Shown here piece by piece: positions 1-13,900 of a stretch of 64,000 nucleotides of DNA (its first letter is position 1; each line of letters begins with the position of its first letter). Under the pieces are notes generated by a model. The model was not told the origin of the DNA and did not search any database. It was given only the letters and a program-made list of their open reading frames with translations. The position numbers and the translations under genes are program-made. The stretch comes from Octopus sinensis (taxonomy: Eukaryota): the NCBI RefSeq assembly GCF_006345805.1, contig NC_043003.1, forward strand, positions 64,046,001-64,110,000, given 5' to 3'.

Positions 1-164
1 GTTATGGCCATTGCATTGTGTGTGGTGCAAATATGATACTGATACCTAAACACTCAAGCAATTTGTAGAAAGTGTTATTTATGTCACCCCTGGCATTCAT
101 TGTCGGGGGTCAGTGAGGCTGTTGCTAGGAAGATACAACATAAAATGAAAGTAAACAGAGTATA

Positions 165-402
165 TATTTACATTATTTACATTTGACGGATATTTGTCCT
201 CATCTTGTTTGTTATTAACACGTGTCAGCTGATATACCTTCCAGTCTTCATCAGGTGTCTTGGGGAAATTTCGAACCTAGGTTCTCATTCTTAAGGTAAT
301 TTTTGATATTATTATTATTATTATTATTCAGGACACTGCCAGGAATTGAACTCAGAATCTTGGGGTTAGTAGCCCATGCTCTTAACCACTATGCCATATG
401 CC
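165..402 (-). mobile_element. tRNA-head SINE with Penelope-like hammerhead tail (family F, copy 1)
   Basis: The minus strand reads GGCATATGGCATAGTGGTTAAGAGCATGGGCTACTAACCCCAAGATTCTGAGTTCAATTCC (A/B-box-like), then a (TAA)n linker, then a tail GACAC-CTGATGA-A-GACTG..CAGCT-GACA-CGT. The same module occurs at 40936-41183 and 46180-47016. Confidence 0.75.
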
Positions 403-869
403 AATATGTACATAATTCCTCATCTCTTAAATATAGAACAGAGTATATATTTCTAGATTTTTCCTTGTATCAGTTTTTTGGTTATTAATCCGTATACAGA
501 CACAGGTGTGGCTGTGAGGTTAAGGAAATCATTTTGCAACAATGTGGCTTCAGGTTCAGTACCTCTGCACAGCACCTAGGTCAAATGTCTTCTACTATAA
601 CCCTAAGTTGACCAACGCTTTATGAGTAAATCTGATCAATAAAACCTTTGTAAGAGCCAGTCATATACCTGTGTGTGTGTTTGTGTCTGCGTTTGACCCC
701 TAACAGCTTGGGGACCTGTGTTGGTTTATTTACATCCTTATAACTTAGACACCTTCTCCTCTCAGATTCTTCCCCAACTTATTCAAAAGGTTTTCTTTTT
801 TCCCATTTACCCTGTTATTTGTCTCTCTTTCAAGTCAAGTCACTTGGCAAACTCACTAGTGCTGGGGGG

Positions 870-1056
870 GGCATGAAAAGAAATCACTCAGTCTACTCTA
901 CAAAGTGGTTAGCAACAGGAAAGGCATCCAGGCATTGAAACCATGTCAGAGCTGATGCTGGAGCTCCGCACAGACCTGTGGTTCACTGGATCCAGTCAAA
1001 CCACCCAACCCATGCCAGCATGGAAAAACAGACATTAAATGATGATGATGATGATG
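870..1056 (+). mobile_element. RTE-LINE 3' tail / RTE-related SINE fragment
   Basis: Contains the family motif GTGGTTAGC..GGAAAGGCATCCAG...CCAACCCATGCCAGCATGGAAAA..ACATTAAATGATGATGAT, which also ends the RTE element at 37832-38981. Confidence 0.7.
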
Positions 1057-1361
1057 ACGGTGGTGGTGGTGGTGGTGGTGGTGGTGGTGGCAGTGGCATG
1101 ATGATGACAACGATGATGATGATGATGATGACGATGACAATGATGATGATGATAATGGGGGGTGGTGATGATGATGATGATTTTTTTGTACACCCTAACT
1201 TTTCTCTCTAAATCATTGTGCTGAAAGCCAATCCCTAAACGATCCCCTTCAAACATGAAAAATAAATGATCAACTATCAGCTATAAAAAATTAAGGGTCC
1301 GTTTTAGCTGTAAACCACTTTCACTCTTATAATCTACATTGTTAAATTTTATGGGTATTAC

Positions 1362-1441
1362 TTTCATGAGGCAAGAATCCCCAGGTACAATGTCTACCTG
1401 AAAATATATGGTTATCTGTCGGAGAGCAACATTAGAGGTTC
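1362..1441 (-). CDS. candidate exon of minus-strand gene (CatSper-gamma-like hypothesis); frame stays open to TAG at 1281
   Basis: CTAAC branch site (1475-1471), acceptor ttattgcag|G, phase 1. Peptide xTSNVALRQITIYFQVDIVPGDSCLMK, possible donor AAA|gtaata. If not spliced it continues VIPIKFNNVDYKSESGLQLKRTLNFL*. The 3' boundary is uncertain. Confidence 0.35.
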
Positions 1442-2549
1442 CTGCAATAACAGCAGCTTGTCAACAATGTGTTAGTTCTGAAATGAAAGAATTTTTCATT
1501 ATTTATGTAAAAATTTCTTTAAACAATATTTTCAATCAATGAATACATCATGTTATTACATTGCTAAAAATATTCTTGCTTAAGGGACCAAAATAGTTCT
1601 ACAATGAAAAGCATCTAAATCCATTTCATGATTTTCTAATATTAAATATTTCGTTTTTAATCTTTGATATTTCAAATTACTTTAAAAATTCAAATTCTGT
1701 AAAAAAAAGAAAGAAAGAAAAAAATTCTTCATTTTCTTTTTTTCTTTTTTCGCTCTAATATTAACTGCGGTGAATCATCTTTTCTGCATATCAAGTAAGT
1801 TATAGAAGCCAAATCTTTCAATTATTGATTTGTCTTGGAGGCATTTCAGCTTCCTTGAATCTTAGTCTTCATCTTTGCCCGTTATCAGTGATACAGATTT
1901 TAGAAGCTAATTCCTCCTCACTTATTTTGCACCTGTTTGGAATATTCATTTGCTATTTGGAAATATCCTTTTCCTTTTAAATTCTTATTCTATTTAATGT
2001 TATTCTATTAATGTTATCATAAGCATTTTTTAAAACTTTATTTTAATCTTTTGAATCAGTTTTCAAAATGTTTATTTTGTTACGATAGTTATAACATAGT
2101 TCATTATATTTCAAAATATTATATTATAAATATAATTTCAATATCTTAAATGTAATATAAATATTATAAATTAGTTATAAATATTTCTACTGTAAATGAT
2201 GCGCTATATCATCTGTATGATGTGGAAAATATTCCATCAACATTGCCTAAATGATATAGGTATCATCTTTAAAATTCATCCGAGGCTGGCCCCACCCCTG
2301 TATCATCCATCTACTACAGAAATTGTATTCGTGCTGTATCACAACACAATAACAGAACTATTTCACCTTAACTAGTCCTGAATTCTTAGCTGTGGGGTCA
2401 AGAAACTTGCTTTGCAACCATGTAGTTTCAGGTTCAATCCCACTGCATGTCACCTTGAGCAAATGGCGAGTATGTTCTATTAAAGCTCTTAGATGATTAA
2501 AGCTTTGTGATTGAATTTAGTAGACAGAAACTGTGTGGAAGCCAGCTGT

Positions 2550-2571
2550 ACACACACACACACACACACAC

Positions 2572-2604
<33 letters not shown>

Positions 2605-2712
2605 TGTATGTATGTATGTATGTATGTATGTATGTATGTATGCATGCATGTATGATGTATGTATGTATGTATGTATGTATGTATGTATGTATGTATGTAT
2701 GTATGTATGTAT
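2550..2712. repeat. compound (CA)n/(TATG)n microsatellite
   Basis: Read directly from the sequence; explains ORFs 2507..2743 and 2511..2714. Confidence 0.97.
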
Positions 2713-2989
2713 AAAAGTTCTGGCGTTTGCTGAACTTTCTTGAGAAAAATCTTTTTTTAGTGGTCAGACCATATGGGGTCTACTTCTAGCATAATGGATG
2801 TCCACTTAGTGGTCATCCCTCTTATATGTATGTAATACAATTTTTCTGAATCTTCAGATTTTTCAATTTGCTAGGCCACTGGTTTTAAATTGATATTAAT
2901 CAAATTAATATTCAATTTTTCACCCTTATTATTTAAATGTGTATATATATACATATGTTTATGATAGATATAGGTGTGTGTGTGTGTGG

Positions 2990-3298
2990 CAATGACCAAG
3001 GCTTGAGAAGACCCATGAGGCCGAGCAAAATCATAGTCCTGGCAGATACTGGTTTCACGAAAATTGGCATCTGTGCCAGTGGAACATAAATGCACCCCGG
3101 TGTCATGCAAATGGCACCCATGCCAGTGGCATGTAAAAGCACTCATTACACTCTCGGAGTGGTTGGCGTTAGGAAAGGCATCCTGCCATAGAAAACCATG
3201 CCAAATCAGACTGGGGTCTGGTAAAACCTTCTAGTGTGCCAGCCCTGTCAAACCATCCAACCCATGGATGGTGGACATCAAATGACGATGATGATGAT
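2990..3298 (+). mobile_element. RTE-LINE 3' end fragment
   Basis: GCTTGAGAAGACCC...GGCATGTAAAAGCACTCATTACACTCTCGGAGTGGTTGGCGTTAGGAAAGGCATCC...(GAT)n tail, matching the RTE 3' UTR. Confidence 0.75.
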
Positions 3299-3307
3299 AC
3301 AACTTAC

Positions 3308-3342
3308 TAGAATAGACATATTCTTCATAGTTCAAGTAAACC
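3308..3342 (-). CDS. candidate 35-nt exon
   Basis: Acceptor ccttttactcaacag|G and perfect donor A|gtaagt. Peptide VYLNYEEYVYS (phase 2 to phase 1), compatible with the exon at 1441. Short, so it could be chance. Confidence 0.25.
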
Positions 3343-3737
3343 CTGTTGAGTAAAAGGTAACTAGCTAAAGAGCCAAGTTCTTGAGCGGGTTTCAGTTATC
3401 ATTTGAGACCAATAAACACTTCTTAGATTGCCTGGAGAAAGCCATGCATGACTCATCGGCTCATCTCTCCTTCACTGATATATATGGCCCTGGGTACTGA
3501 ATCAAAATATCATCTAATATTTTTTAAATGCCTGGATGCTGGTGCTTTAGGAAAACAATTGGAAATTGGAATCCAGCCTGAATAAACTTTGGCTATTGTT
3601 ATTTGGGGCTTGATATAAGAGGTACCAAATAAGCACCAAAAAAAGGTCAAGCAGTTCCCCCGTATCCCTTTCCCTGCCAATAATTGGCTCGGTGCCTAAC
3701 TAGAAGGAATTAATATACATGATATTTTGGCTTGCCA

Positions 3738-3960
3738 GACACACACACACATATGCACACACAGGCACACACAAACATACACACATAAACACACATGTAA
3801 ACACACAAACACATACATAAATACACACACACACACACAAACATACACACACACACACACATAAACATACACACACACACAAACACACATAAATACACAC
3901 ACATACACACACACACATAAACACACACACACACACAAACATACGAACACACATACACAA
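3738..3960. repeat. imperfect (CA)n-rich microsatellite
   Basis: Read directly from the sequence. Confidence 0.95.
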
Positions 3961-4049
3961 CTTTCTTCAACCATCGAAATTGCCGGCTTTGTGCCAGAAT
4001 TTGAAATTGATACTTATATTTGATTTATAATATAATATTTTGAAATATA

Positions 4050-4228
4050 CCGTATTTTAATATGTATAAGGAACCCTTTTTTGTCAAAAATTAGGTCCCA
4101 AAAATATGGGAGTTTCTTATACATGGATAGTATCATAATCCCTTACAAAACTATTTTTCTTAATTTTAAGCACTCCAAATTAAGGGGTTCTTTATACACG
4201 AGAGTTCCTTATACAAGTTAAAATATGG
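4050..4228. mobile_element. pogo/Tigger-like MITE
   Basis: 26-bp TIRs CCGTATTTTAATATGTATAAGGAACC / AGTTCCTTATACAAGTTAAAATATGG (4 mismatches), with TA on both flanks (4048-49, 4229-30). Confidence 0.75.
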
Positions 4229-5654
4229 TAGCCAAGAACATTTGCATGCTCCCATTGGTCAGGCATAAGTAAATAAACATTTAAAAATGATTCTTTGCCA
4301 CACAGCCATATTTGGGCAAATTTTTAAAATGTATCTTGTATCTGTAAACATACAGGACATTATTTTTGTTTGTTTTTTTTGGTACTGGGAAGGTATAGAA
4401 TGGATTGAAATTGAATTAATTATAATAAATTAGTAGTATAAAATTTTATCTAGCCCCAAAGTAGGGTCCACATATGAGTCAAATGCACTTTTGTTCCATC
4501 TTCATTACATCCAAACATATTAAAGTCTCAAACCTACATTTATATTAATTATTATCAGTGCACAAGACTTTGTAATAAAAAATTTATGGTTTATGGCTCA
4601 CAGCATAGTCAGAGGAGAGATGGAAGGCAGGGTCCATGAACTTAGTATGGCCTCCAAGGTAGGGGGCAGGAGTGGGGCATGGAGGTGATAACCTTGACTC
4701 ATGGTTTGTTACCATTATTATCACAGACCTCATGGTGGAGTAGTGGCAGAGTCATGTGTACACCAGACAAAATGCTTACCATCAATTTTTCTGGCTTTAC
4801 ATTCAGAGTTCAAATCTCACCACAGTCAACTTAGCCGTTCATCTTTTTTTTGGGGTGGGGGGGAGGTCATTAAATAAGTGCCAGTCAAGCCCAGGGTAGT
4901 GGGGTTGATGTAACTGACTAGACCAGGGGTGGGGTAACCCCCATCCATGGGTGCAATTGCGCCCATATGCCCATTTTATTGCTCCCACATGCTGATATAC
5001 TTGTATATATAAAATATAGTAAATTTTCAATCATAAAATTTATACAATATTCGCCGCTTATTTGTGACAGAGGTCACGTTTCCACTATGACTTGAACAGA
5101 CCCAAACAGAAAATCGTCCAGTGATTGCCATTTGAATAGAAATCTTGTTTTACTATAAAACACAAACTGCTAGGTTTGTACCACTCCCTTGAGTCCCAAC
5201 TACACTCTGGCTGAAAAATAAAGAATACCTCATAAGTAATATAAATGTCCTAAATTCAGTGGTGGGATTAATGAAGATGTTGCATGTTAATTTAATGTGT
5301 TAAACTTATCTTTATTAATGTCTATCAATTTATACAAAGATATATACAAGATTAACACAAATATAAGTGTTAGAACTTGTGATCCACCTGTGGACCTTTT
5401 TTGTTGAAATTTTTTATCTGCTGCACTAAAAAGTTTCCTCACCCTTGGACTAGACCCTCTCTCCAAAAAATTTAGGCCTTGTGCCTACAGTAGAAAGACT
5501 AATTTTCACCAGAGTAAGGCAGCTAGCTAGTAGAACCAAGGTCGTCTTTGCCTTTCACTTATAGGGGTCAATAAAATGAAGTACATGCTGGGGCACCCTT
5601 TTCAAGGATTTTAGTTGAATGAATTGACCACAGTACTTTTTATTTTTCTTTGAT

Positions 5655-5975
5655 AAAAAGCACCGTTTGAACAGTGGGCCTCACGGGGTCAGTGACAGGT
5701 GATTGAGGCCTTTGGTGATATACCATGCTTGAGAAGACCTGTCAAGTGGAGTGAGATCGTAGTCATGGCCGATGCCAGTGTCACATAACTGACACCCATG
5801 CCGGTGGCACGTGAAAAGCACCCATTACACTCTTGGAGTGGTTGGCATTAGGAAGGGCATCCAGCAGTAGAAACTCTGCCAGATCAGATTGGAGCCTGGT
5901 GCAGCTCTCCAGCTTATTAGTTCCAGTCAAACCATCTTACCCATGCCAGCATGGAAAAACAGACATTAAATGATT
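5655..5975 (+). mobile_element. RTE-LINE 3' end fragment
   Basis: Same 3' UTR motifs (GGTGGCACGTGAAAAGCACCCATTACACTC...CCCATGCCAGCATGGAAAA) and a microsatellite tail. Confidence 0.75.
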
Positions 5976-5997
5976 ATTATTATCATTATTTTATTAT

Positions 5998-6326
5998 TAT
6001 GGCTCAGTGGTTAGAGCATCAAGCTTACGATCGTGAGGTTGTGAGTTCGAATCCCGGACCAGGTTGCATGTTGTGTTCTTGAACAAGACACTTTATTTCA
6101 CATTGCTCCAGTTTACTCAGCTGTAGAAATGAGTTGCGATGCCACTGGTGCAAAGCTGTATTGGCCCCTTTGCCTTTCCCTTGGATAACATCGGTGGCGT
6201 ATAGAGGGGAGGCTGTTATGCATGGCCAAATACTGGTCTTCATAAACAACCTTGCCTGGACTTGTGCCACAGAGGGTAACTTTCTAGGTGCAATCCCATG
6301 GTCAGTCATGACCAAAGGGGGTCTCA
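5998..6326 (+). mobile_element. tRNA-derived SINE, family D (CORE/V-like central domain)
   Basis: A box TGGCTCAGTGG and B box GAGTTCGAATCC, followed by GTGTTCTTGAACAAGACACTTTATTTCACATTGCTCCAG. Related copies at about 26065-26310, 47340-47670(-), 52990-53190 and 58386-58590. Confidence 0.8.
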
Positions 6327-6462
6327 GCATTATTATTATTATTTACTTTTAATCTACATGTTTGTTACAATCACTCGCCAAGACACACAGTGTCCGAGGG
6401 CGAGTGAAGGATAAGAGGTATTACAGTATGACTGAAAACCTTGGGAGAAGATTATTATTATT

Positions 6463-7014
6463 ATGTGAGAGAGCAGTTCATGCCATCAAAGTGACACTGG
6501 GGTAAAATATACGAAGCCCAATATGCCCATCATGACTACCCGTCTGATAAAGGTACACCAGGCACATGCACCACAACCATATGTGCGCGACATGGTGATC
6601 TCATATCAAGATAAACAGCACATGATCTTGCAGGTGGGGCCCCAGTTAGAATTTTCTTCAGGTTGAGTAGCCCATCCCGCTCAAACGGTCCCTGAATAAG
6701 GGTTGTTTAAGGATGTTGAAAGTACCACCATGTCCCCAGAGGTGAACTATTCAAAACCCAAAGAATCCCTCTCAACACATGGCTATGCTCCCCCACTACT
6801 TCTGCTCGTGATCAGAGAATGCACATATCGTCAGCCACTAAGGGACATGTCAAACTGGTTAAGATCAAACAACTGACAAGCAAATCTGTGGTATTGAGCA
6901 GAATATTTGCTGTAGCCCATCTTTATACCAAGACAAAACAATGTACATGATAACACTTCCAATCAGGTTAAGATCAGAAGCCATGAGAGCCACTACCTGG
7001 TACTGCATCCGGGC

Positions 7015-7020
<6 letters not shown>
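6463..7020 (-). mobile_element. ~550-bp retroposon flanked by (ATT)n (family E)
   Basis: Near-identical second copy at 46353-46868. Both copies sit inside (TTA)n tracts. The strand is inferred from the (AAT)n tail. Confidence 0.75.
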
Positions 7021-7072
<52 letters not shown>

Positions 7073-7794
7073 TTATTGTTATCATTAAGACAGCAAGTTG
7101 ACAAAATATTTACCACACTGAGCAAAATGTTCAGCAGTATTACGTCTGTCTGTATGTTCTGAGTTCAAATTCTGCTGAGGTCATCCTTTGGGGTCTGTCA
7201 AATTAGTACCAATGTTCTGAATTCAAATTCTGCTGAGGTCATCCTTTGGGGTCAGTCAAATTAGTACCAGTTGAACACTGGGGACAATGTAATTGACATA
7301 TCCCTTCCCCCAAATTGCTGGCATTGTGCCAAAATTTGAAACTATTATTATTATTATTATTATTACTATATTACTATCATCATCTCTATAACCATCACTA
7401 CAGTATCATCATTTTGTTAATAACCAGCAACTTTATTCTTGTGCAGATATAGCATCAAAATACTTTGTTTTGTTGTTGTTATTGTTTTTACAGAGATAGG
7501 AAGCTATTGAGTTTTTGGTGAGAATAATGGAAAAGTATGATATAAGTAATGGGATACAATTTATTCTTCCAGATCTAAAGATGCAGGCAATACTATCTGA
7601 ACAAATATTAAAAGCACTATGTATATATTGAAGCAAATATATCTTCCAATGCTTTGAAAATGCCTGACAATATGGGAGGCAATTTTAGCATACATAATAA
7701 TAATGATGTAATACATTAAGTGCAAATAAATTGCCATGGTATTGAAACATTTGAAGCATGTATTGAACTGTCACTTTCTATTCATCTAATTTAT

Positions 7795-7832
<38 letters not shown>

Positions 7833-8867
7833 GTGTATGTATGTATGTATTTGTGTTTGTGTGTGTATGTATATATATATATATATATATAATTATATAT
7901 AATGCATAATATATGATACAAAACTTACAAAGATAAATAAATTAAGTTTGTGATTTTTGTGAAATCCGACTGAAAAAGGGGGAAAAAATGCAAAAACGTA
8001 CCAATTTGTGAAATTCTTCCATTTCCTATCCAAATAATATGCTAAATTAATCCATATTTCTTCTCCCTTTTACTTTGGAGATTCTTCTTCAAATATCTGT
8101 GACTAACTGATTTATTACTTGGTATTTCTTTTTCCCCATCCACAAGTGTTGAGCAGATCAAGATTAGTGAGAGATCAAACAACTCCATACTTGCTTTTAG
8201 TTTTGAGATTTTTCTAATGTCTCTTCTGCAAGTGAATCATTATTTGTTATCTTGGAGTTCATCTAATAAATCTTCAGAATACCAATGGATGGCCTTAGGA
8301 TAAAAGCAAAAACTTGCGATCAATAATGTCTTGAAATGTAATAGGGTGGTGGGTAGGATGGCTAGAAATCTATATGAGAAGTGAGAAAGGAAAATAAGAG
8401 AAACTGGACTGATGATTGAGGAAGAATTGATGAGAAAAACGTAAAAGGGTATAAATAAAGGAAGTGAGATAAGAGCTGAAGAAGAAGAATATAGAAGAAA
8501 GAGGGTCAAGGAGTTTGATGTATAAGGATGGGGAAAATAAGTAGGGAGAGAATAATAACGGGAAGAAAAAAAAAGGAATTAAGCCATAGATGGAAGAAAG
8601 AAATATGGAAATAATAAAGCAAAAAATCCCCAAAAAATAAATCATTTTATTCAGGAATTGTGATCATAACTGGTTGGAGTAAGAATATATAGATTGTATT
8701 TCACAGATACTCGGACAGAATAAATGACTGAAATTAAAGAAAGAGAGAGAGAGAGAGTTATGTTTTATCAATATGATATTGATGGTGTGAGATGTGATGA
8801 TGGGAGCTGTTTCTGTTTCATGGTGGTGTTATAAATGGAATAAGTTGATTTTATATTACATATATAT

Positions 8868-8917
<50 letters not shown>

Positions 8918-9188
8918 CATATATATATTATAGAAAAAGGTGACAGACTGTGAGCAGAATAAGGAATAAGATGAATATTTTAGAGAAATGCAGCATGACA
9001 GAATTGCTGTAAGAAATAAGAAAGCGGTTTCATATTTCTGAGAGGTCATGACTGGCAAAGATCAACTCAAGCAGAGCTGATTTGAGCTACAGAATAACAA
9101 TAGGAAAATTATTAGAGGAACAACAACAACAACAACAGCAATAACAATAATGTAAGTGTGGATTGAAAATCAGAATGTAAAGGGAAGC

Positions 9189-9189
<1 letters not shown>

Positions 9190-9233
<44 letters not shown>

Positions 9234-9350
9234 GTAATAACAACAATAATAATAATAATAGTAATAATGATGATGATAATAATGATGATTATGATAATAA
9301 CAATAACAATAACAATAATAATAACAACAACAACAATAATAATAATAATT
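9190..9350. repeat. (AAT)n compound trinucleotide microsatellite
   Basis: Read directly from the sequence. Confidence 0.95.
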
Positions 9351-9805
9351 ATACTTTCTACAATAGGCACAAGGCCTGAAATTTGGGAGAAGGGAGATAG
9401 TTGATTACATTGACCCCAGTATTCAACTGGTACTTAATTTATCGACCCCCAAAAGGATGAAAGGCAAAGTCGACCTCGGTGGAACTTGAACTCAAAACAT
9501 AGCAATTGACGAAATACCCTTAAGCAATTTGCCCAGCATGCTATCGATTCTGCTAGCTCACTGCCTTAATAACAATAGCAATAATAATAATAATGGTTTG
9601 AAATTTTGCTACAAGGGCAGCAATTTTGGGGGAGGGGACTAGTCAATTACATAGACCCCAGTGTTTCACTGGTACTTGATTCATTGACCCCAGACAAAAT
9701 GAAAGGCAAAGCTGACCTTAGTAGTATTTGAACTCAGTATATGCTGAAGTGGAAGAAATGCAGCTAAACGTTTTATCCAATACACCAACAATTCTGCCAG
9801 TTTTC
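9350..9805 (-). mobile_element. two tandem family B tRNA-SINEs
   Basis: Reverse complement of GGCGAGCTGGCAGAA..GAGTTCAAATTCC..GAGGTCGACTTTGCCTTTCATCC..GGGGTCGATAAA..AAGTACCAG, present twice. Confidence 0.8.
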
Positions 9806-11248
9806 TACTATAATAATAATGATAGTAGTAGTAGTAGTAGTAGTAGTAGTAACAACAATATTTATTTATTACAAGGATAACAGATAAGGAAACTGTAGTA
9901 CATGTATAAAAAAAATTATACAAAACATTAGAGAATCGTTGTGTGTGTGTGTGTGTGTGTGTATGTGTGTGTATGTGTTGTGTGTGTGTGTGTGTGTGTA
10001 TGTGTGTGTGTGTGTGGTAAGATGTTTGCTTCATCCCCACTGCATAGTACCTGGGGCAAGTGTTTTCTCCTATAGCCCCAGGCAACCCCAAGCCTGTAGT
10101 ATATATTTGGTAGAAGACAGTCGTATATAAACGTGTGTGTGTGTGTATATATATATATATGAATAAATAAATGGAGTTTAATGCAGGTGTAATCAAACAT
10201 TTTTACTTTCAACACATGTTTCGAAAATTCCACTGATACTATTCAAAAGAATAAATGGTATAAACAATGTAATCTTCTCCTCACAAACACACATATATAC
10301 ATTAATTTGTGACCATATATGTACCTGTGTGAGTGTCTGTATGCACGTGTGTGTGTGCATATCACATAGAATATACAGGCATTTAATATGGAAATTCCAA
10401 TCATACAATACAATATACAAGTTAACAGTGTATATACATCTACATCTATATACATACATACATACATACATACAAACATATATATACGCATACAGCACAG
10501 TACACTACATAGTATTATTACACACATGCTGCTCAAATACATCTCATAAGAAACACAACTACAGACTCTCTGAAGATGATTTATATACAAGACTTATACA
10601 CACCACACTAGCAATGTATATTTCTATTTAGTGATATCTTAGGAAGAATGGTAAATGCTCGCTTCTCAATGTACCACTTCTATTCTGCTGGTTAGACCGA
10701 TTTCCTGCCATCAACTTCTCTTTCAAAAGCTTTAATTTGTCCAGTCTTATAAGCAGCCTTCATTTCCTAAACTTTAATTTCCTCTTTTGCTTACCACCGC
10801 TGGTTTCAATTTCCTCTGAATTCACCGTGAGTTCATTCACTTGTAAATCTTTCTTACTTCTGTGCCTCAGTCAATGAGACTGCACACATGCGCATACAGA
10901 CATCCATGTGTTCATTGTACATGTGATTGCTCAGGATCAGGATAAAATTCGCTTTTGTTGTATCTCAATGAAGTTATGAGTCAGTGATTCAGAGTCAAAG
11001 AAGATTCATGTTAAATTCATCTTTACATCATTATTTTTCTTTCTCGTTTTCTTTTTTTTTCTATTTGATGCTTAAATGAAAAATGTGTGGAGTGGGGTGG
11101 GGGTGGGGGTGGGTAGGGAGGGTGCCCTGTCAGCATTATGGTCTTAGGTTCAGTCCCACTGCATAGCACTTGCAGCAAGTGTCTTGTAGTATAGCCCTGG
11201 GCTGGCCAAAGCCTTGTGAGTGGGTTTGTTTGATAGAAACTGAAAGAA

Positions 11249-11249
<1 letters not shown>

Positions 11250-11282
<33 letters not shown>

Positions 11283-11296
11283 ATGTATGTGATATA

Positions 11297-11377
<81 letters not shown>

Positions 11378-11420
11378 AACATATATATAATACCAATACA
11401 TATATATATATATGTATATG

Positions 11421-11467
<47 letters not shown>

Positions 11468-11561
11468 TATCATATATATATATAACATGTATGTATATAT
11501 ATATGTATATATATATATATGTATATCTATCTATCTATCTATCTAATATATATATATATAT

Positions 11562-11597
<36 letters not shown>

Positions 11598-11600
11598 CAC
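11250..11600. repeat. (TA)n-dominated microsatellite
   Basis: Read directly from the sequence. Confidence 0.97.
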
Positions 11601-11809
11601 ACACCCATATGCACACAAATAATTAAATAAGGCAGCTAGTTAGCATATGTTGACTGATTGGTACAAATATGGCGATCTATATACAGGACTTTAAGTTTCT
11701 ATGTGTCATATATATTATGAAATATATATATGCATGTGTATGTGTGTGTGTATATATATGTATATGTATGTATGTATATATATATATCTATATATATATA
11801 TGTGTGTGT

Positions 11810-11844
<35 letters not shown>

Positions 11845-13260
11845 GGCAATGATCCTTGGATGCAATTTATAATCATTTAATGCATTGTTAACGTGCATTT
11901 TCACAAATCACATGTCTCTTAAGATCACAGTCTGTATTCCTGGGATGATTACAAAGCAGTCTGTAGTATCCATGAGCATCAGGTTGATCATCTTCAATGT
12001 GTATTATATTGATGTATGTTTGTATGTGAATATGTGTGTGTGTGTGTGTGTGCGTGTGTGTGTGTGTGTTTGTCTTTGTGCATGCATCTTTGTGTTTTTG
12101 CTATGTTTGTCCCCTCCACCACTTAAGGACCATTATTGATTTGCTTATGTCCTGATAACTTAACAGTTCAGTAAAACAGATCAATAAAATAAATGCCAGG
12201 TTTGAAAACAAGTACCAGAGTCAATTAGTTCAACTAAACCCTTCAAGGCAGTACCCCACCTCAGCCACAGTCCAACGGCAGAAACACTTCAAAGATGAAT
12301 GTAGAGAATAATTCATTCTCAGTTATTCTCTGTTTATTTCCAGTGTTCCTTTCTGTTGAAGAAGAGCATAGGCTCAAAATGTAAAAGACTTTCTCTCTTC
12401 CCGAGTGTTAAACTAATACACCTGTTTGTTGATCATACACCTGTCTTTGTCTTTTGTTTTTCTGTAAATTTCAAAGATTGGCTATATATTCAGCTGGTTT
12501 AATTTTACAAGACTGTTGTAGTGAAATTCTGACACCCCTGTGGAATAGCAAGTCAACTGTCCAAAACTGTATAAAGTAGCATGCACACTGTCAGTAAGGG
12601 ACAGTGTGGTGTGCACAGATACTTTGTGAAGACAGTTGTAGAAGTCGTTGAGAAAAGATATTGTTTGTTATGTGTTGTTTCTGATTTATATTTGTATTGT
12701 ATTGATGCAGCACTGAATTTTGTCAGTGAACAGGTCGTGGTCTCAAAGCGACGAAAATATTTTAGCAAATTAAATTTAAATCTTGAAGTGAATCTAACGG
12801 TTTTTGTGTGTTTCTTAAGTGGCTTATAAACACCTTCCATGCTGCAATCGTTTTCGTTCCAGCACACAATCTCAGATCAGGTCACTTGCTATGCAAGTAC
12901 ATCTCTGTAATTTGTATTGTTATAACCTTGTTAATAAGTTCACGTTATAAGGTGGACTTGTACAGTGAGTTCAAAGAAGGACATAACAGTGTCAACGAGA
13001 CTCAACAAACACATAGATAATCCCTTCTAATATATGCACAAGGTCTGAAATTTTGGGGAGATGGGTAGTCAATTACATTGAACTCCGATGCTTAACTAGT
13101 ACTTATTTCATCAACCCTGGCAGATGAAATGCAAAATCGACCTCAGTAGAATTTGAACTCAGATCGTAAAGATGAACAAAATGCAGATAAGCATTTTGCA
13201 CAGCATGCTAATGATTCCACCAGCTTGCTGCCTTCTTTACAAGGCATAATAATGGTTTAA

Positions 13261-13481
13261 CCCTTTAGCATTTAAACTGGCCATATCCAGCCAAAAGTAT
13301 TCTGCTTGTTTTATGTTCAAACTGGCCAGATCTGGTCTCTCACACCAACCCTACAATATCGGTTTAAAAATTAACAGCTACCTCATCAAAATCTCATAGC
13401 TACAAGATAATGCATGATTACTTCAAAACAATGTGGATAAAAAAGGATTAATTTTGGCAGAATAATGCGAAGACTAAAGGG
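13261..13481. mobile_element. piggyBac-like MITE
   Basis: Termini CCCTTTAG...CTAAAGGG with TTAA on both sides (13257-60, 13482-85). It interrupts the tail of a family B SINE. A second copy lies at 50528-50993. Confidence 0.85.
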
Positions 13482-13728
13482 TTAAAATTTTGACACAAGG
13501 CCAGCAATTTTGGGGAATGGGGTGGGATGGGGGTGAGTCAATTACATTAACCCCAGTGCTCAACTGGTACTTATTTTATTAAACCTAAAAGGATAGAAGC
13601 CGAAGTGGACCTCAGCAGAGCTTGAACTCAGAACATAAAAACAGACAAAATGCAGCTAAGGATTCTCCCTGGCATGTTAAAAATTCTGCTAGCTGCTCAC
13701 TTCATTTACAAGACACAAAAATTCCTAC

Positions 13729-13900
13729 TATTTCTGGGTGAAATGTACATGAGAGTATAATTTCCAGTTTCAAATAAGGAAGAAGTATTAAAATTCTTTT
13801 TTAGTATAAAACCCACCAAAATAGCTGATGCTGTTTTGTTTCCATTAGGAAAACCAATCCTTTCAAGCCTCCATGTTATGTCTTTTGAAGTTCTTTGTGT
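13729..13900 (-). CDS. candidate exon (CatSper-gamma-like hypothesis)
   Basis: Acceptor tgcttgcatctttcag|A; the frame is open for 64 codons. Peptide TQRTSKDITWRLERIGFPNGNKTASAILVGFILKKNFNTSSLFETGNYTLMYISPRN has three N-glycosylation sequons. LERxGFxNxN resembles recalled human CATSPERG LERSGFHNEN. The donor (A|gtagga) is uncertain. Confidence 0.4.

Noticed and set aside
8240-8645. Purine-rich segment with hydrophobic antisense ORFs
   Set aside because: Low-complexity A/G bias explains the open frames, and no family could be assigned.
10790-10860. Minus-strand exon candidate SKKDLQVNELTVNSEEIETSG with gtaagc donor
   Set aside because: The acceptor is weak and its phases do not link consistently to the neighbouring candidates.
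11090-11125. G-quadruplex-like GGGGT run
   Set aside because: An isolated simple repeat with no promoter or telomere context.
12553-12867. Overlapping ORFs of 104 aa (-) and 82 aa (+)
   Set aside because: No recognisable motif and no convincing splice pair; adjacent to a PLE terminus and probably repeat-derived.
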